A stretch of DNA of 63,493 bases, counting the filler, from Choristocarpus tenellus KU-1152 (taxonomy: Eukaryota; Protista; Phaeophyceae): assembly GCA_964200185.2 (NCBI GenBank). It is 7 parts of 7 records of this genome, joined end to end, with 100 filler letters (N's around TTAATTAATTAA, not from the genome) between each part and the next. Parts side by side here need not be neighbours in the genome. Positions count along the whole stretch, not along the records: positions 1 to 9,094 come from CAXNAD020003990.1; positions 9,195 to 14,423 come from CAXNAD020011423.1; 5 more parts are not named here. One strand, given 5' to 3'. The notes below the pieces were generated by a model. The model did no database searches. It was not told where the DNA came from and worked only from the letters and a program-made list of their open reading frames with translations. The position numbers and the translations under genes are program-made. Of this stretch, positions 1 through 12,200 are shown in pieces. How positions within the stretch are numbered: the stretch's first letter is position 1; every line of letters begins with the position of its first letter.

Positions 1-254
1 CCCCCCCTCACAGATACTTTGGGTCGGATCTCAGGATTTTGTAAGGCCCCTGTGCGCACAACAGCCCGGTGTCTCCAGCTTGACTCGCAGTGCTCTTCTA
101 ATAAATTATCACTGCTGGCTCTTGTAACACGGGTAATGAGTTGTGTCCCTTGTTCCTTCTGTCAGGTTAACTGCCAATCAAGGAGAAAAGCTTTGATGAC
201 AACATTTTGAAACATTTTGTTACGATGAAAAAATACAAAAATAGCACAACAAGG

Positions 255-396
255 TATTGCTATTCAACCCAATATACATACCAAAGTACACTCATTTGTG
301 TTTTTGCTCACTGCATATTTGTATTGCTATTCAACCCAATATACATACCAAAGTACACTCATTTATGTTTTTGCTCACTGCGTATTTGTATTGCTA
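255..396. repeat. Direct tandem duplication, ~66-bp unit x2
   Basis: GTATTGCTATTCAACCCAATATACATACCAAAGTACACTCATTT... repeated twice nearly identically. Confidence 0.8.
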
Positions 397-406
397 TGCT
401 CCCTAA

Positions 407-663
407 GAGCCAACGTAATTGAGAGGTAGGCAAGTTTGGGCCCATTAGCATTCCACCCTTTTTTCTTGCCCTTTGTAGTACACTCTATTTTTTTGCACTA
501 TGTGCACAATAGTGAGCGAAAAATTGATACTCCCCCTCTCCACACTCAACCTGAGCCCACATTTCAGCAAAGACTTTTTCCACATTTGTACAAAATGGGT
601 TTTTTTGCCATTTCTCGGGATCCTTCAAATGCAACCTTGCCCACCTCTCAATTATTTTGGTTC
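407..663. mobile_element. MITE family E, copy 1 (~257 bp)
   Basis: Terminal inverted repeats GAGCCAACGTAATTGAGAGGTAGGCAAG ... CTTGCCCACCTCTCAATTATTTTGGTTC; a homologous copy lies in opposite orientation at 63061-63315. Confidence 0.7.
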
Positions 664-1765
664 TGACATTTTGCAGATAGATGCTTCTCATGGAGTGAAC
701 AAGAAGGACAAAAAAGGCAAAGAATTTACTTAGTGATAAACACAACAACAGTTACGTACGGAGTACTTCGTATGAATTGCTCACAGTAAACACCTTCTGG
801 TGGCGCAACGATCACATTTATTGTACTAGGATATTTGAAAACAAGTAATGCTACTCGCAAGGCACTTAAACGGTTGAAATTACTCCTATATTCGCAACGT
901 GAAGTTGGTCAAGAAGCAAGGGAGGAAGAATCCCACGGACACGTCAAACCTCGTTATGCCCATTGACCCAGTGTCTCCAGCATGAAACGCATGACACACC
1001 TACCTTGAAATCGCCACTGATGCTGCGACAGACACAGTCTGTCCCCCTTCCAGACTCTAAACTCCCGCCATGTATGCTGGTTCCTCTTCCCCATGTGATA
1101 ACATCCTCAAAATCTCAGTCGGAAAAGAATATCTCGAGAGCAAGAAATAAAACGAACACAGCAACAGAGTCTAGATTGTTTACAGTAAGGACTATCTAAC
1201 ACACAAGCATCGTTTCAGGACAACATAGTTTATGATATAGATCGGGTTGTTAGAAGAAGGTACATATATTATTACTATATATACATGAAGTACATAATAT
1301 TTTGATTGTTCAATGCTAAATACAACAAATGAAGTGCATGTTTTGGAGGCCAATGTGGGGTAAATCCACATCTTGTCTTGAACACACGGCCAAGAGACCT
1401 TCCATTCAGTAAGAGAACATGCCGACAGAAAAAGTGTAAAGAAATCTGACAATCGCTGAGAGGCAATGTGACCACATTAAGGTGCTTCAAGGTAAAAAAA
1501 AACAAGGCTCGTCATAGTAATGGCAACTACGGTGGCAATGAGTACGAAAATTGGACGGTACTTTACTGTACCATAGAATTTTGACTGGGGTAGTCGCTAC
1601 CGTATTGTACCCGTGGTAATTCCTGAAATACCTGTTGAAAATGTAAGAAAAAATGTGTTGGGGAAGTAACGAAGTTACAGCAAGCAAGGTCTCAACCAGT
1701 AGCACTGGCAGCCAAGGTCGCAAATGAGGCTGCTGCTGCAATTCAGGCTGCAACACCTGGCAAAT

Positions 1766-2033
1766 GAGTCAAAGAATATAAGAGGGTAGGGCCACGCCCA
1801 TTCAGAGTCAAAAGCCCAATAGTACGATTTGATGGAGATTTTGGCGATCGTGTTAGAGCAAGTGTCAATATCATTGCTCCTGACACACCGCTCATAGCCC
1901 TACACATTTTACCTACTCCGAAATCCGAAACGTTCACACAGAAAACCGAAAAAGAGCATCCAAAACCCGTGGGACGTCAAGGCCTGAACGGACAAACAGG
2001 GCAAAGTTCCTACCCTCTTAAATGCTTTGGGTC
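1766..2033. mobile_element. MITE family B copy
   Basis: GAGTCAAAGAATATAAGAGGGTAG ... TACCCTCTTAAATGCTTTGGGTC TIRs; flanks AAAT/AAGT; internal sequence homologous to other B copies. Confidence 0.75.
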
Positions 2034-2699
2034 AAGTAGGTGGAGGTAAAGGAGGGAAAGGATTGATGTCCAGATGCAGGGAATCATTACAACTATGCAG
2101 AACCTAAGAAAATCAAATAGCGCGCAAGTCTATTCACCGGCACTCTCACTTTCTTATCCTCCTTGCAATCTGTATAAATTGTGTGAAACACCATGCATCT
2201 CACCTCCCATGCTACCACAGACAAACAAATACTCGTACTTCCACTCCAGCAAATGCATCATTTCCATACTTTGGAATAATTTGTAGATTTATATTACGGT
2301 GGTGTGTTCAACGTCAATTTGAGGACAGTCCACTAGCATCTCACGAGAGGGGACTCCCAGACAGGGTTAGGAGGATCGCTAATGGCAGAAGCCTGAACCA
2401 CTGTGGAAACACCACTGCACCATCCGTATTGTGCTACTCAAATATCAAAATACTGAGGAAACCATGGAATTACTGTACCAAACCGTACTTTTTCTCGTGG
2501 AGACCAATACCGTATCATACATAATTTTTTCGGCTTGGTGATGAACTAGAGGGTGTCCTGAATGAGTTGACCATCCATGCAGTAGGGGTGATGGGGGGGT
2601 TGGGTTATTAAAGAAAGGGGTTGTCGAGTTCCATTTGAGACAGATTGTGTCCGTCACTGTACAAATTGCTCTCCCGAAACGAGTCGTGTATTTCAATCA

Positions 2700-2876
2700 G
2701 TCTTAAAGTATCTAGGGGGGAGTGGCGGCTGTCCATTTGGGATCAATTTTTTCATGTCGCAATTTTTGGGTGATTTGGTTGCATGTGTCGGATGGATAAT
2801 GTACGTGCACTTTTCCTGGTCAAGGCCCAAATGGACATCCTGGTGTAGACCCCCCCCCCCCCAGATACTTTGAGCC
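2700..2876. mobile_element. MITE family A copy
   Basis: TIR AAAGTATCT(G)n ... (C)nAGATACTTTGAGCC; flanks TCA/TCA. Confidence 0.8.
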
Positions 2877-3244
2877 TCAATGATACATCGACCAGGTGGT
2901 CAAAAAGGGGCCTCACATATTCTTGGGATGCTCCCCTACCTCCTCGCTCACCTATGTATGATAAAGCTAGGTTAGAGGCATTGGAGCGTACACATAACTA
3001 GTTTTCAAATAGTACTATGTAGTACGTATTTTAGAGAGTTGTGTTGCGCCATCAATAACTACTACTGTATTATTAAGGTCTTACTTTTTCCAGACAGAAA
3101 TGTCATGGGAAAAAAAATGTATCACAAGAACAGTTGTTGTATTTTCCATTTTATCACTACCTGTAGTACGATGTTCTCTTTTTAAAGGTTGGTAATTACA
3201 ATGTAGTGCGCACACTGCTCCTGTGCCTCTAACCTAGGTTAGCC

Positions 3245-6120
3245 CTACAGAGGTGGGCGAGGAGTTAGGGAAGCGTCACAAGAATCTGATAGACCCCTTC
3301 CTGCCCGTTTGCCTGGTGTCTCTAGCTTGAAAAGCATGAAACATCTCGAGAGAGAGAGAGAGAGAGAGACATTTGTGCTGTGAAGGACAGAGTCAGAGTA
3401 TCTTAGAGGGTAGAGCCGCGTCCGTTTTGGGGCCAAAATCCAATGTTGCAATTTTGATGTACTTTTGGCTGTCGTGTTTGCTAGGAAGTATCGGTATCCT
3501 TATTCCGAACAAACCTTTTGATAATGTACACATTTTACCTACTCCGAAACATTTCAACGTAGGAAAATGTCATAAAAAACTCGTGGGAAAGCCAAGCTCC
3601 AAACGGACAAACGGAGCAAAACTCGTACCCTCTAAGATACCTTCACTCACACTACTATCTGTCGTAAGTGGGACTTGACAGTCCCTTTCCTAGACTATCC
3701 CCTCACTGCTACGTATGTGCCTAACTCATCTAATAAAATTTCTGTGTGCTTACCAAGCTGGCAAAGACTTTCAATCGCAACGGTGTTGAGATTAAAACTA
3801 CGAGGGTCAAAAGAACCGTCGTAGTGGGTGCGCTTTCGCGCCTCGCCTACAGCAACAGATACACCGTTGCTGGTTGATGACTGGGGCAGACAGGAGACTG
3901 CTTATACTTCTGGAAAATAAAAAAATCCAGAAGGAGGCCTTTCTTTCGGTAGGGAGCTGAGCTAGCATCTGCAAGTGGCCCAGTATGGAAGACCACATCC
4001 ATGTGAAAGTTTCAGTCCACATTGAAAGAGCTACTATCCTCCATAGTGCAAGGGATGCCCATTCCCTTGTAAAGTTAACCTAGATGTCTAACCATCAGCG
4101 TGTGCTGGCGCACCTGTCCTCCTGCTCCATGGGAGGTATGAGCATATCGGGTGTCAACATTATGCCTCCTGTACCCACCCCGGTCGCAGAGCACCTGTTG
4201 GATAGGCCCCCCTCCCTCCCTAGAGATCTGCTGGCTGCGAGTCTAAAATTTACGGGAGGAATATGGCGTGCTGGTTCCAGGGATCGTGTGGAGGCCCATG
4301 CATTGGCTCCAAGTCCACATTGGCTCCATTAGCGGGCCAGGGGTATCAAAGAAGTATCCCTCCCTTGTCCTGAATCATTGGGAGGTTAGGCAGTTGCGTC
4401 CAGAAGGAGTCGAAGCGGATCCTATTCAGGAGGCGGGTGATCTCTTGTTATGCCCTCCTTGTGATCCTGGCATCGTGGGCTGCTAGGGTGTGGACCTCTG
4501 GGAGAGGAACAGGGGTTATGCCTCCTCTCTAGTCTACCCACAGACCTGGTCAATAATTTCCGCCAATTCTGCTGGAGGGGTTCCTGATGAGAGAAGGGTT
4601 TGGATGGATGATCCTAGGGCCTGGACCATGGGTCTTGTTCAGATGGCCCATGTAAAAACCTCTCCATGGGGCCCTTGTTGTCTTGCTAGGGGGTTGGGGA
4701 GAGTGGCCACTAGTAATCCCACCAAAACTGCATGCTGGCAATGTTTCATGGAGGATAGGTCCAAGCCCCCCGAGATTGTGGGCATCTGTACTTGTTCTTG
4801 TGTTTCCAGATGAAGATACTAATTTCACAACTTCCTTAAATAAATCAGTGGCTCTAGCTGAGTCTGTACCTCCATCATCTTCTCCAGAGTCCATAGCGAG
4901 GTGTTGTCAGCTTGTTCTATGGTGGAGGGTGCCTGGTGGGGGGGAATAACTCTCTCACCAAATAACCCAGACGAGAAGAGAGAGACTAGGAGTTGAGGAA
5001 CCAGCCATATCGTTTATCTTCCATCTCACTCAGATGTGTGGCCAGCATTCGTGATCCTGAGCTCTCAAACGCCCGGTCGTGTGGACTTGGATAAATTCAT
5101 CTGTCCCTACCGGAGCCCCTAGTGTGACAAAACCATTTGGGTTCGTAGCCAGGTTGACTCCTGCTTTGGCTAGGGGATCTATTTTTGAGGGCGTAGGCTG
5201 GTAGCCCTCTGGTGGTGCGGCAAAGGTCTTATCAAAGTATAGCATTATGCCCACCTCGTACAGATCCCTCTTCAACTGCTCGAAAACAGCTATAGCAGTG
5301 GATTTTATCTCCATTTGGAGATGGGTGCGTCATACAGGAAGCTTCGAGAGGAAACTCCCTGAAGTCCAAAGGTAGGCTGGATCAGTTGCAGAGCTTTTGC
5401 TGTAGCCATGAAGTATAGGAGGGGGCCAAGGGGATCCCCTTGTTGTGCCCCTTGATCTTAACGGTATCATTTTCATCCTTCCCCTATCTAGGGGAGAAAT
5501 AATATCACAGGTGTCCCCATATACCTTGTACATGTTGGGCTGGAGTCTTGGTAGAGTCTCGGGGAGGGTCTTGATGAGGCCGAGCAGTGTACAATGCTGA
5601 AGGCATTTTTCCTATCTAGGCTAATGACCCATTCACTGCACTCATATATTTGCCGAATGTCCAATAGGGCACGCTTAACCTCATTTCTTTGGACCCCTAC
5701 TCCAAAGTGTCCCATACCTCCGAAGTGTTCCTCAAGGTAGGGACGCCAGTGTGTACAGAAGGCTGTGAAGTGCTTCGTCCTTTATAGAAAGAGTCACAGG
5801 CATCTGCGCGATTCTTCTCTCCCCAACCGCACGCAGTCTGTAAGTGATGTGGAGCTTCCAAAATCCAGGAGTCAAAGAGTCTAGGGAAGTGTGTAGTGCC
5901 ATTATCCCCCAGATCCTGTATCCGTTGCTGCTCTGTCCTTAATTTTGATGACGGCTCACCTGAACTCATTCCTCCCTCGAGAACTTTCCATCATTGGTCA
6001 GTAAAAGCCCAGAGACCAGATGGAGGAGCTTGGACACTATCACCGCCCCTACTTAGGGGGTTCCCTCCTCTAGCCGTGGGGCGGTCATTTCATGCATTAG
6101 GAGGTCCATTGTGTGCATGA
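3245..6120 (-). mobile_element. Decayed CRE-like (restriction-like endonuclease) non-LTR retrotransposon, RT + RLE
   Basis: Frameshifted fragments: HFGVGVQ..VISLDRKNAFSIV (RT motif like LDxxNAFN), GTTRGSPW (degenerate GVQQGDPL), GFVTLGAPVGTDEF (CRE-type RT thumb), and a C-terminal RLE region (AAVGEARKRTHYDGSFDPRSF...) homologous to 36110-36590. Interrupted by MITE B at 3390-3648. Confidence 0.75.
3390..3648. mobile_element. MITE family B copy inserted in the CRE-like element
   Basis: GAGTCAGAGTATCTTAGAGGGTAG ... TACCCTCTAAGATACCTTCACTC; flanks ACA/ACA. Confidence 0.8.
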
Positions 6121-6560
6121 GGGCAATTGCATGGGTAGTACGAAGCCTAGCAGGGACCTTATTAACTATGTTGATAATCATTCGCACCAGGACAAATTGA
6201 TGAGCTTCTTTCTCAGACTTTTTCTACCAGCCAGTATTCATACAATTTTCAAGTGATATGATGCTATCAAGGCCAGTGGCCGACAGCATACCCAGCAGTA
6301 ACGTGCCATGCTCATCATCTGCAAGTACATCCGTCATGTACATACTCTGTATATCCGAAGAGGCACACCTTCAGCATTGTTATGCCAAATTATAGTATCC
6401 TCTCTTATATTGGCAAAATGAAGTTGGGGACAAACTAGACCAGGGCGAGAATATTATAGTCGCCAAAATTGTAGTTCATGGTACAGCCCTAAGCCCCAAC
6501 ATATCTAACAGAAGAAGCACAAACTCAGTTGTTCAGCAAGACTGAGATAGCAGGAGATAA

Positions 6561-6829
6561 GAGCCAAAGTATCTTAGAGGGTAGAGCCGCGTCCATTAGG
6601 GGGCAAAAATCCAATGTTGCGATTTCGATGAAATTTTGTCGATCGTGTTTGTTATTTTTTTGTAGGAAGTGTCAATATCCATGTTTCGGGCACACCTCGT
6701 AGCAACATACACATTTTACCGACTCCTAAACATTTTGGAGTAAGAAAATGTCATAAAAGATCCCATGGGAAGCCAAGCCACAAATGGACAAAAAGGGTAA
6801 AACTCATACCCTCTAAGATACTTTCATTC
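6561..6829. mobile_element. MITE family B copy
   Basis: GAGCCAAAGTATCTTAGAGGGTAG ... TACCCTCTAAGATACTTTCATTC. Confidence 0.8.
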
Positions 6830-6849
6830 AAATACTCGCGCTATTCGCC

Positions 6850-7470
6850 TGTAACACAATTACCATTAGAACACCGTAGTACAGAACAGTAGCTCCGCGT
6901 TCCACACGCAAGAATAGTATACGTCACTTGAGTAGCATCACACATTGGTTCAAGTTTGTTCTGTTATTCCCTTGTTTGTTTTTTCTTCACTCTTCCTCTT
7001 ATCAGTAGAAGATGACAGTTGTACGTTGATGGTTGATTATTATTTCTTTCATGACTGCCATTTGATCCCTCAAAATGCATCAAACTCTGTACCAAACGCA
7101 CACATGGATGTAATATAATCAGAGTTGAACCCATCCGCAGAAACCCTTGCCAGCCAAGGTAACAAGTCTCTCCACGTAGCATGGACTTCTTTCGTTGAGC
7201 ATCTCATGAAGGGACACTGAATTCAGATCGCATCATTCTGGATTGAGCAACCAAGAATACTGAATTCACATCGCATCATTCTTGACTGAGAGATCAGTGA
7301 CCCCAGTTATAACAGAAAAAATTCATCGGTGCTTTGCAGCACAACCACATCTATCTGTAACATAGACTACACATATCACTCATCGGTGCTTTGCAACACC
7401 ATGATTCCTCATAACTAGTAGTCTACATTTTTTTTTGCTTACATGTACGATGCATTCCATTCAGGTTTCA
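6850..7470 (+). repeat. Dispersed repeat family C (other copies ~20727-21330 reverse, ~21500-21880, 35197-35415, partial ~8835-8880 reverse)
   Basis: Shared segments such as ATACGTCACTTGAGTAGCATCACACATTGGTTCAAG and CTGAATTCACATCGCATCATTCTTGACTGAGAGATCA, with internal sub-duplications. Confidence 0.7.
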
Positions 7471-7939
7471 ACACCCACAACCGACCCACCACAAAATACA
7501 TCACGACCTTCCTCCATTGCCCTTCACTGCCCTGCTGGCACCTGTTTATAGTTGTCATCCGTAATTCACATTTGCCATGGCGATTATTGGCTGGACTGCA
7601 GTTATTAATCACACACATATTTACTGGCTGACAATGGCAACACATGCATTCCGGAGCTTGGACGCCTTGTACTACTTGGACTTCTCCCCGTGTCTCCCAA
7701 TCCATCACCCTACCCACTCCACCATCCCACTGTCATTACCATCCATGGCCCTGATCACATCCATCACTGCCTCTCTGCAACCCCAACAATTTCCAACACA
7801 AGCCGACCCCAATCCACATATAACTCTAAACACCACCTCCACAAGCCCAGACTCACCTACCTCATTTTCGGGAGCCGCCACACAGTCACCTCCACCTACT
7901 GCTACCCTACCACATCGACCGAGTGTTCACAAGTCTCTA

Positions 7940-8200
7940 CACCCCACAGCACCCACTCAAGACCACCCCCCTCATCTACATACCACAGCAATTGCTCAAG
8001 ATCACCCCCCCCCATCTACACACCACAACTCCTGGCCAAGTCACGCACCATACACACCACTGCCCCTGACCAAGTCACACATAATACACACTACCACCCC
8101 TGCCCAAGTCACACATAATACACACTACCACCCCTGCCCAAGTCACACACCATACACACAACTACCCCTACCCAAATCACACACCGCACACACCACTGAA
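7940..8200. repeat. C/A-rich minisatellite, ~38-bp unit
   Basis: CACACTACCACCCCTGCCCAAGTCACACATAATA repeated about 4-6 times with decay. Confidence 0.75.
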
Positions 8201-8971
8201 CCTGGTCCAGATCCATACCACAGAATGCCCAACAGACACCTTCATACCAACTACATCTCCTGCTCAAGATTTCGACTACCCACCGATGAAATCGATGAAA
8301 CCGATGAAACCAATGAAATCAGGTTTCAAAATACACCCTGTGCGATCTGAGTGTCATACTCCTTTAGATGACAGGACACGATGATTTGGTAAATTCCAAA
8401 GTTCTCCGCAATAGCCACCACAGTATCACGAGGTATTTGAGTGTCATGCCCTCTCGCCTCCAGGCACCTCGTCGGTATTTTTGAGTCCTAACCCTGGACA
8501 GACTTCCGGGCCAAAGAATTGGGACCAATAGGTGATGAGGGCATGAGTGAGCCGCTCGAATGATGGGGGCCTGGGTCCTAGGCATCCTAATAAACACCCG
8601 CGGTTTCACAAAGTTTTGAACACCATCAAGTGTGACTTGATCGACTTTAGACCGGTGATTATAGTATATCCTTTAGACCGGTGATCATAGTATATCCATG
8701 TGTGTGTTTGATACACAGTTTGCAGAGTGGCGTGGTGCAATTTGAGGCATCAATGGCAGTCACGAAAGAAATAATAATCAACCATAAATGTGCATATATC
8801 ATTTTCTGCTGATAAGAAAGATTGAAAGAAAAACAAACAACATTGAAACAATATGTGATGCAACTCAAGTGACGTACAGTATACAGTACCTACACCGATT
8901 TTGTTCACTTATGGGTATGCCCTAAAAAAGCGGCACAGAATCTATATGGTATAATATCGATTTTGTAGTAA

Positions 8972-9094
8972 TTAGGGTTAGGGTTAGCTGGGACTCAATC
9001 GTCGGAGCAACTAATTAATCGTGGTGAGCTGGGAAATCAATCGTTGAAGCGACTGATTAATCGTGGTGAGCTGGGAAATCAATCGTCGAAGCGA
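8972..9094. repeat. (TTAGGG)2-TTAG followed by a ~42-bp tandem repeat running into the contig end
   Basis: TTAGGGTTAGGGTTAG at 8972-8987, then GCTGGGAAATCAATCGTTGAAGCGACTGATTAATCGTGGTGA-like unit x2.6. Confidence 0.75.
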
Positions 9095-9194
9095 NNNNNN
9101 NNNNNNNNNNNNNNNNNNNNNNNNNNNNNNNNNNNNNNTTAATTAATTAANNNNNNNNNNNNNNNNNNNNNNNNNNNNNNNNNNNNNNNNNNNN
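9095..9194. other. Artificial contig linker N44-TTAATTAATTAA-N44 (also 14424-14523, 17784-17883, 22405-22504, 35097-35196, 43926-44025)
   Basis: Six identical 100-bp blocks with a six-frame stop core. Confidence 0.97.
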
Positions 9195-9211
9195 TCACTT
9201 ACAACACTTAC

Positions 9212-12200
9212 ACACCTCGGATGTTGACCCCATTCAGCTAGTAAGGGTGGGGAGGGACTGCCCTCACGTGTATCACAGGCACCAACACCACCTGTGACAC
9301 CAAGAGTACTAGCTTCAACATCACCGCAGTAACTCATGTTTGATGAAAAGTGAGGGGATTGAGATCGCACATGGGCAGTAGTCCATCCACCAGAGTCACC
9401 ACTGCATCTACCAGGGGTTGGACTTGAAAAATGAGGAGATGTGCTCACTCTAACTTGCTGTGCACAGTCTCCCCAGTCTGGGGGGAGGGGCTTTCCTTTG
9501 TATTCAGAGAGGCCTCTGGAGGAGGTGGAGGCTAGGGATGGATATAGGAAGCCCTGGCCGTGGAAAGAGTTATTGTCATGGAATGCCTGTGTGAAGAAGA
9601 GATGGGGCAATTGGGGGTTGGTGGATACATGACCTTTTGACCAACACTGTCTTTCACGGAGATGTCACATCCATGAGGTCAACAACAGATACCCAGACCA
9701 AGCTTCTTACAACATACAGAGCAACCTTTTGGGTCCCTTTGACAGTAGAGGATGTGCTAGGAACAAGTAAGCAGGACCACTACCGCTGTGTTGTTTAACT
9801 TTGTGTCTATCACATACAATGCTCCAGTAGAGTGAACAGCAGTAGTTGTCATTGAACATCAGCTTCGACCTCGGTTTTTGTGGTTTCAAAACCCAACACA
9901 GATGTCATCTTAGAGTATAGTAGTAGAGATTCAATCACACATAGCAGAACAGTGGTGTAGGTACAGCTCTCATCTCAACCATTTCCAGCCCCGTCTGCTG
10001 GTAGCAGGTGAGTCAGCACCACATTGCCAATCTTGCACTGCTTCATCAATCAACCCATTAAGAAGAACACCTTGTGAGATATTAGTGTGTGTGACGTGTG
10101 TGCATATCGCACACACACACATTGAAGAAAGCAAATGAAATCTACTAGCCACTACAAGGGCCATCAAAATCGTGACTGTGCTCCAGGTTAGGTTACACCT
10201 ACAGTGCGGAGTACTCCTGTTATAACATTTTGCAGCTAATTGAAGCAATATCTAAAAAATCCACTACACCATGACTTTGCATATTCTCTTCAAGTTTCTC
10301 AGGGATTGCATCAGTATTGCACACAGAACCAAGCCTCCTATTCAAACCTTCCTTGTATCTCTGCATAGTGTAAGAAGAGAGAGGCAACAAGAGCATCAAT
10401 CATCCAAGAAATGATTGACTGTAGAAATGAAAACAATCCCCACAAAGATATGGCAAGGCAAAAAGCAGAAAAATACCAATGAAGTACCCAAAACCTTGAC
10501 TTCCACCCCTCCTACACATGTCCAGTTTCTAAAAACCTCTTGTCCAGATTCCTGGTCAACCCCATCACTCACCATCACCTCCCCCTTATCATGGACCCCT
10601 CCACAGAAACCGCCAGTTCCCATCCAATCCTCTCCATAAGATGGTGAGGGTAGACCAACGTCAGGCATCTCCAGCTGCATGGGCATTGGGGACAACATTG
10701 GAGGAGGCGGAGGAGAAGAGATCTCCCTTGCTCCGCCCTGGGGGCCACTGCAGCTAGCTCCTGGGCTGGCAGTAACCCAGGAGGAAGCCTCCTTGTTCTT
10801 GTGGAAGGATCGACGCAGATCATGCACGACACACCCTGGGACAGCGTGTTCAAAGTGTGCCAAAAAAGCCTGAGGAGAGGGGTTTATAAACAGTGCTAAG
10901 TATTCAAGTTGAACAAGGCAAATATTGCGAAATTACAATGAGGCAGATGCAAACGTCAAGGCATATCCTGCCCTCGATGATGCATCAAGGTCACCACCTT
11001 TCTTAGTAGGCACGAAACACTTCTCCAACAAGGTGGCAACACAGTCACTGTACTTATACCAATGGTGCCTTGTGCCACCTATAACCCAACTTGGTTTTGA
11101 CTATTGCCATACTGCAACATCCGGGAAACTATCACTTCTAAAAAACATTTTTTTTTTTCAGTCATGCACTCCTAACCCAGAATGCCCACCCACCATTGTC
11201 AAAAACATGCATCATAGTTGTATGCTCACCAGGAGCATTGCAATGCCAGCGTTTTTTGCGGTGGACCAGTCTGCAAATGCAACAAAGGTCTTGTCTGACT
11301 CAATAGTGACATCCACCTCCCCTGGTGGGCACTCGATGTTGAGAACAAATACTGGGAACAGTTCCTGAAGACCCAGAGAATCAAGTGTAGGAGGAACGGT
11401 CACAGGCACATGTGACAAGACTCTGAGTCAAAGAGAGTAGTGAGGGCCAGGGAAGCTTGGATCAAGGGCTGACGTGGTTTTTGGCTTTGGGTTCAGGTCA
11501 GAACTATGAATCCCACCACATTATTGAACAAATGAGAATTTCTACTGGTTCTCTCAAGCACCACAAAAAATGTTCAAGTTTGGCCTTCTGAAATCACAAG
11601 TACCCTACAGTGAACCTTAGACCTGGATAAAACATTAGTGGTGCACTCTGAGGTCGATCTGACCCCCTGTTTATATCGAAAACCATGACAAACTCCATCA
11701 AGACTACTATGGACAAAATACTCTCAAGTACAAGATTACTTGTGCTACATCCCAAATTAAACACTCTGAAATATTGACGCAAGAATTGACAACCTGTCTC
11801 TGTCCTGAAGAGGTATTTGGATCTCTAGCCCTCTTTGTGGTCCCTCCCCCTACCCCCCGGGCGCTGAGAAGGCTGATGCAGGGTGCAAAAGCTCTGTTGA
11901 TGGTTTTCTGGAAGAAGTCCAGTTTTCTCACCCAACGTCGATTCACATAAATGAACTGATATTGGAATTTGATAGCACCCGGGGAGAGGGCAGAGGAGGT
12001 ATAGGGTGTGTGTAAAGCTCAAGGTCTATGAAGTTAGAAAGATGAATACAACAGTGTTCCTACTACCACTACTCCTCCTCCTTCTCCTACTATGGAAATA
12101 GTGTGGAGTATGTTACTTCACTTTCTTTTGAAAATGAGTTGCATGGTGATGACCAGAGTGGATGTTGTGAGGTGAGTGGACTATTTGTTGTTTTGTGTGG

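Noticed and set aside
7577-8350. Longest ORF in the track (257 aa, P/T/H-rich)
   Set aside because: Open only because it crosses a C/A-rich minisatellite; no domain features.
8987-9094. Short regularly spaced repeats as a CRISPR-like array (also 17890-18070, 34910-35040, 37770-38185)
   Set aside because: No unique spacers between identical repeats and no cas genes; ordinary tandem repeats.
11956-12025. Apparent frameshifted MLH3 segment LLCPLPGCYQ suggesting a pseudogene
   Set aside because: It is the polypyrimidine tract of the intron; the real upstream exon (13230-13144) splices in frame to ATCAG|TTC.
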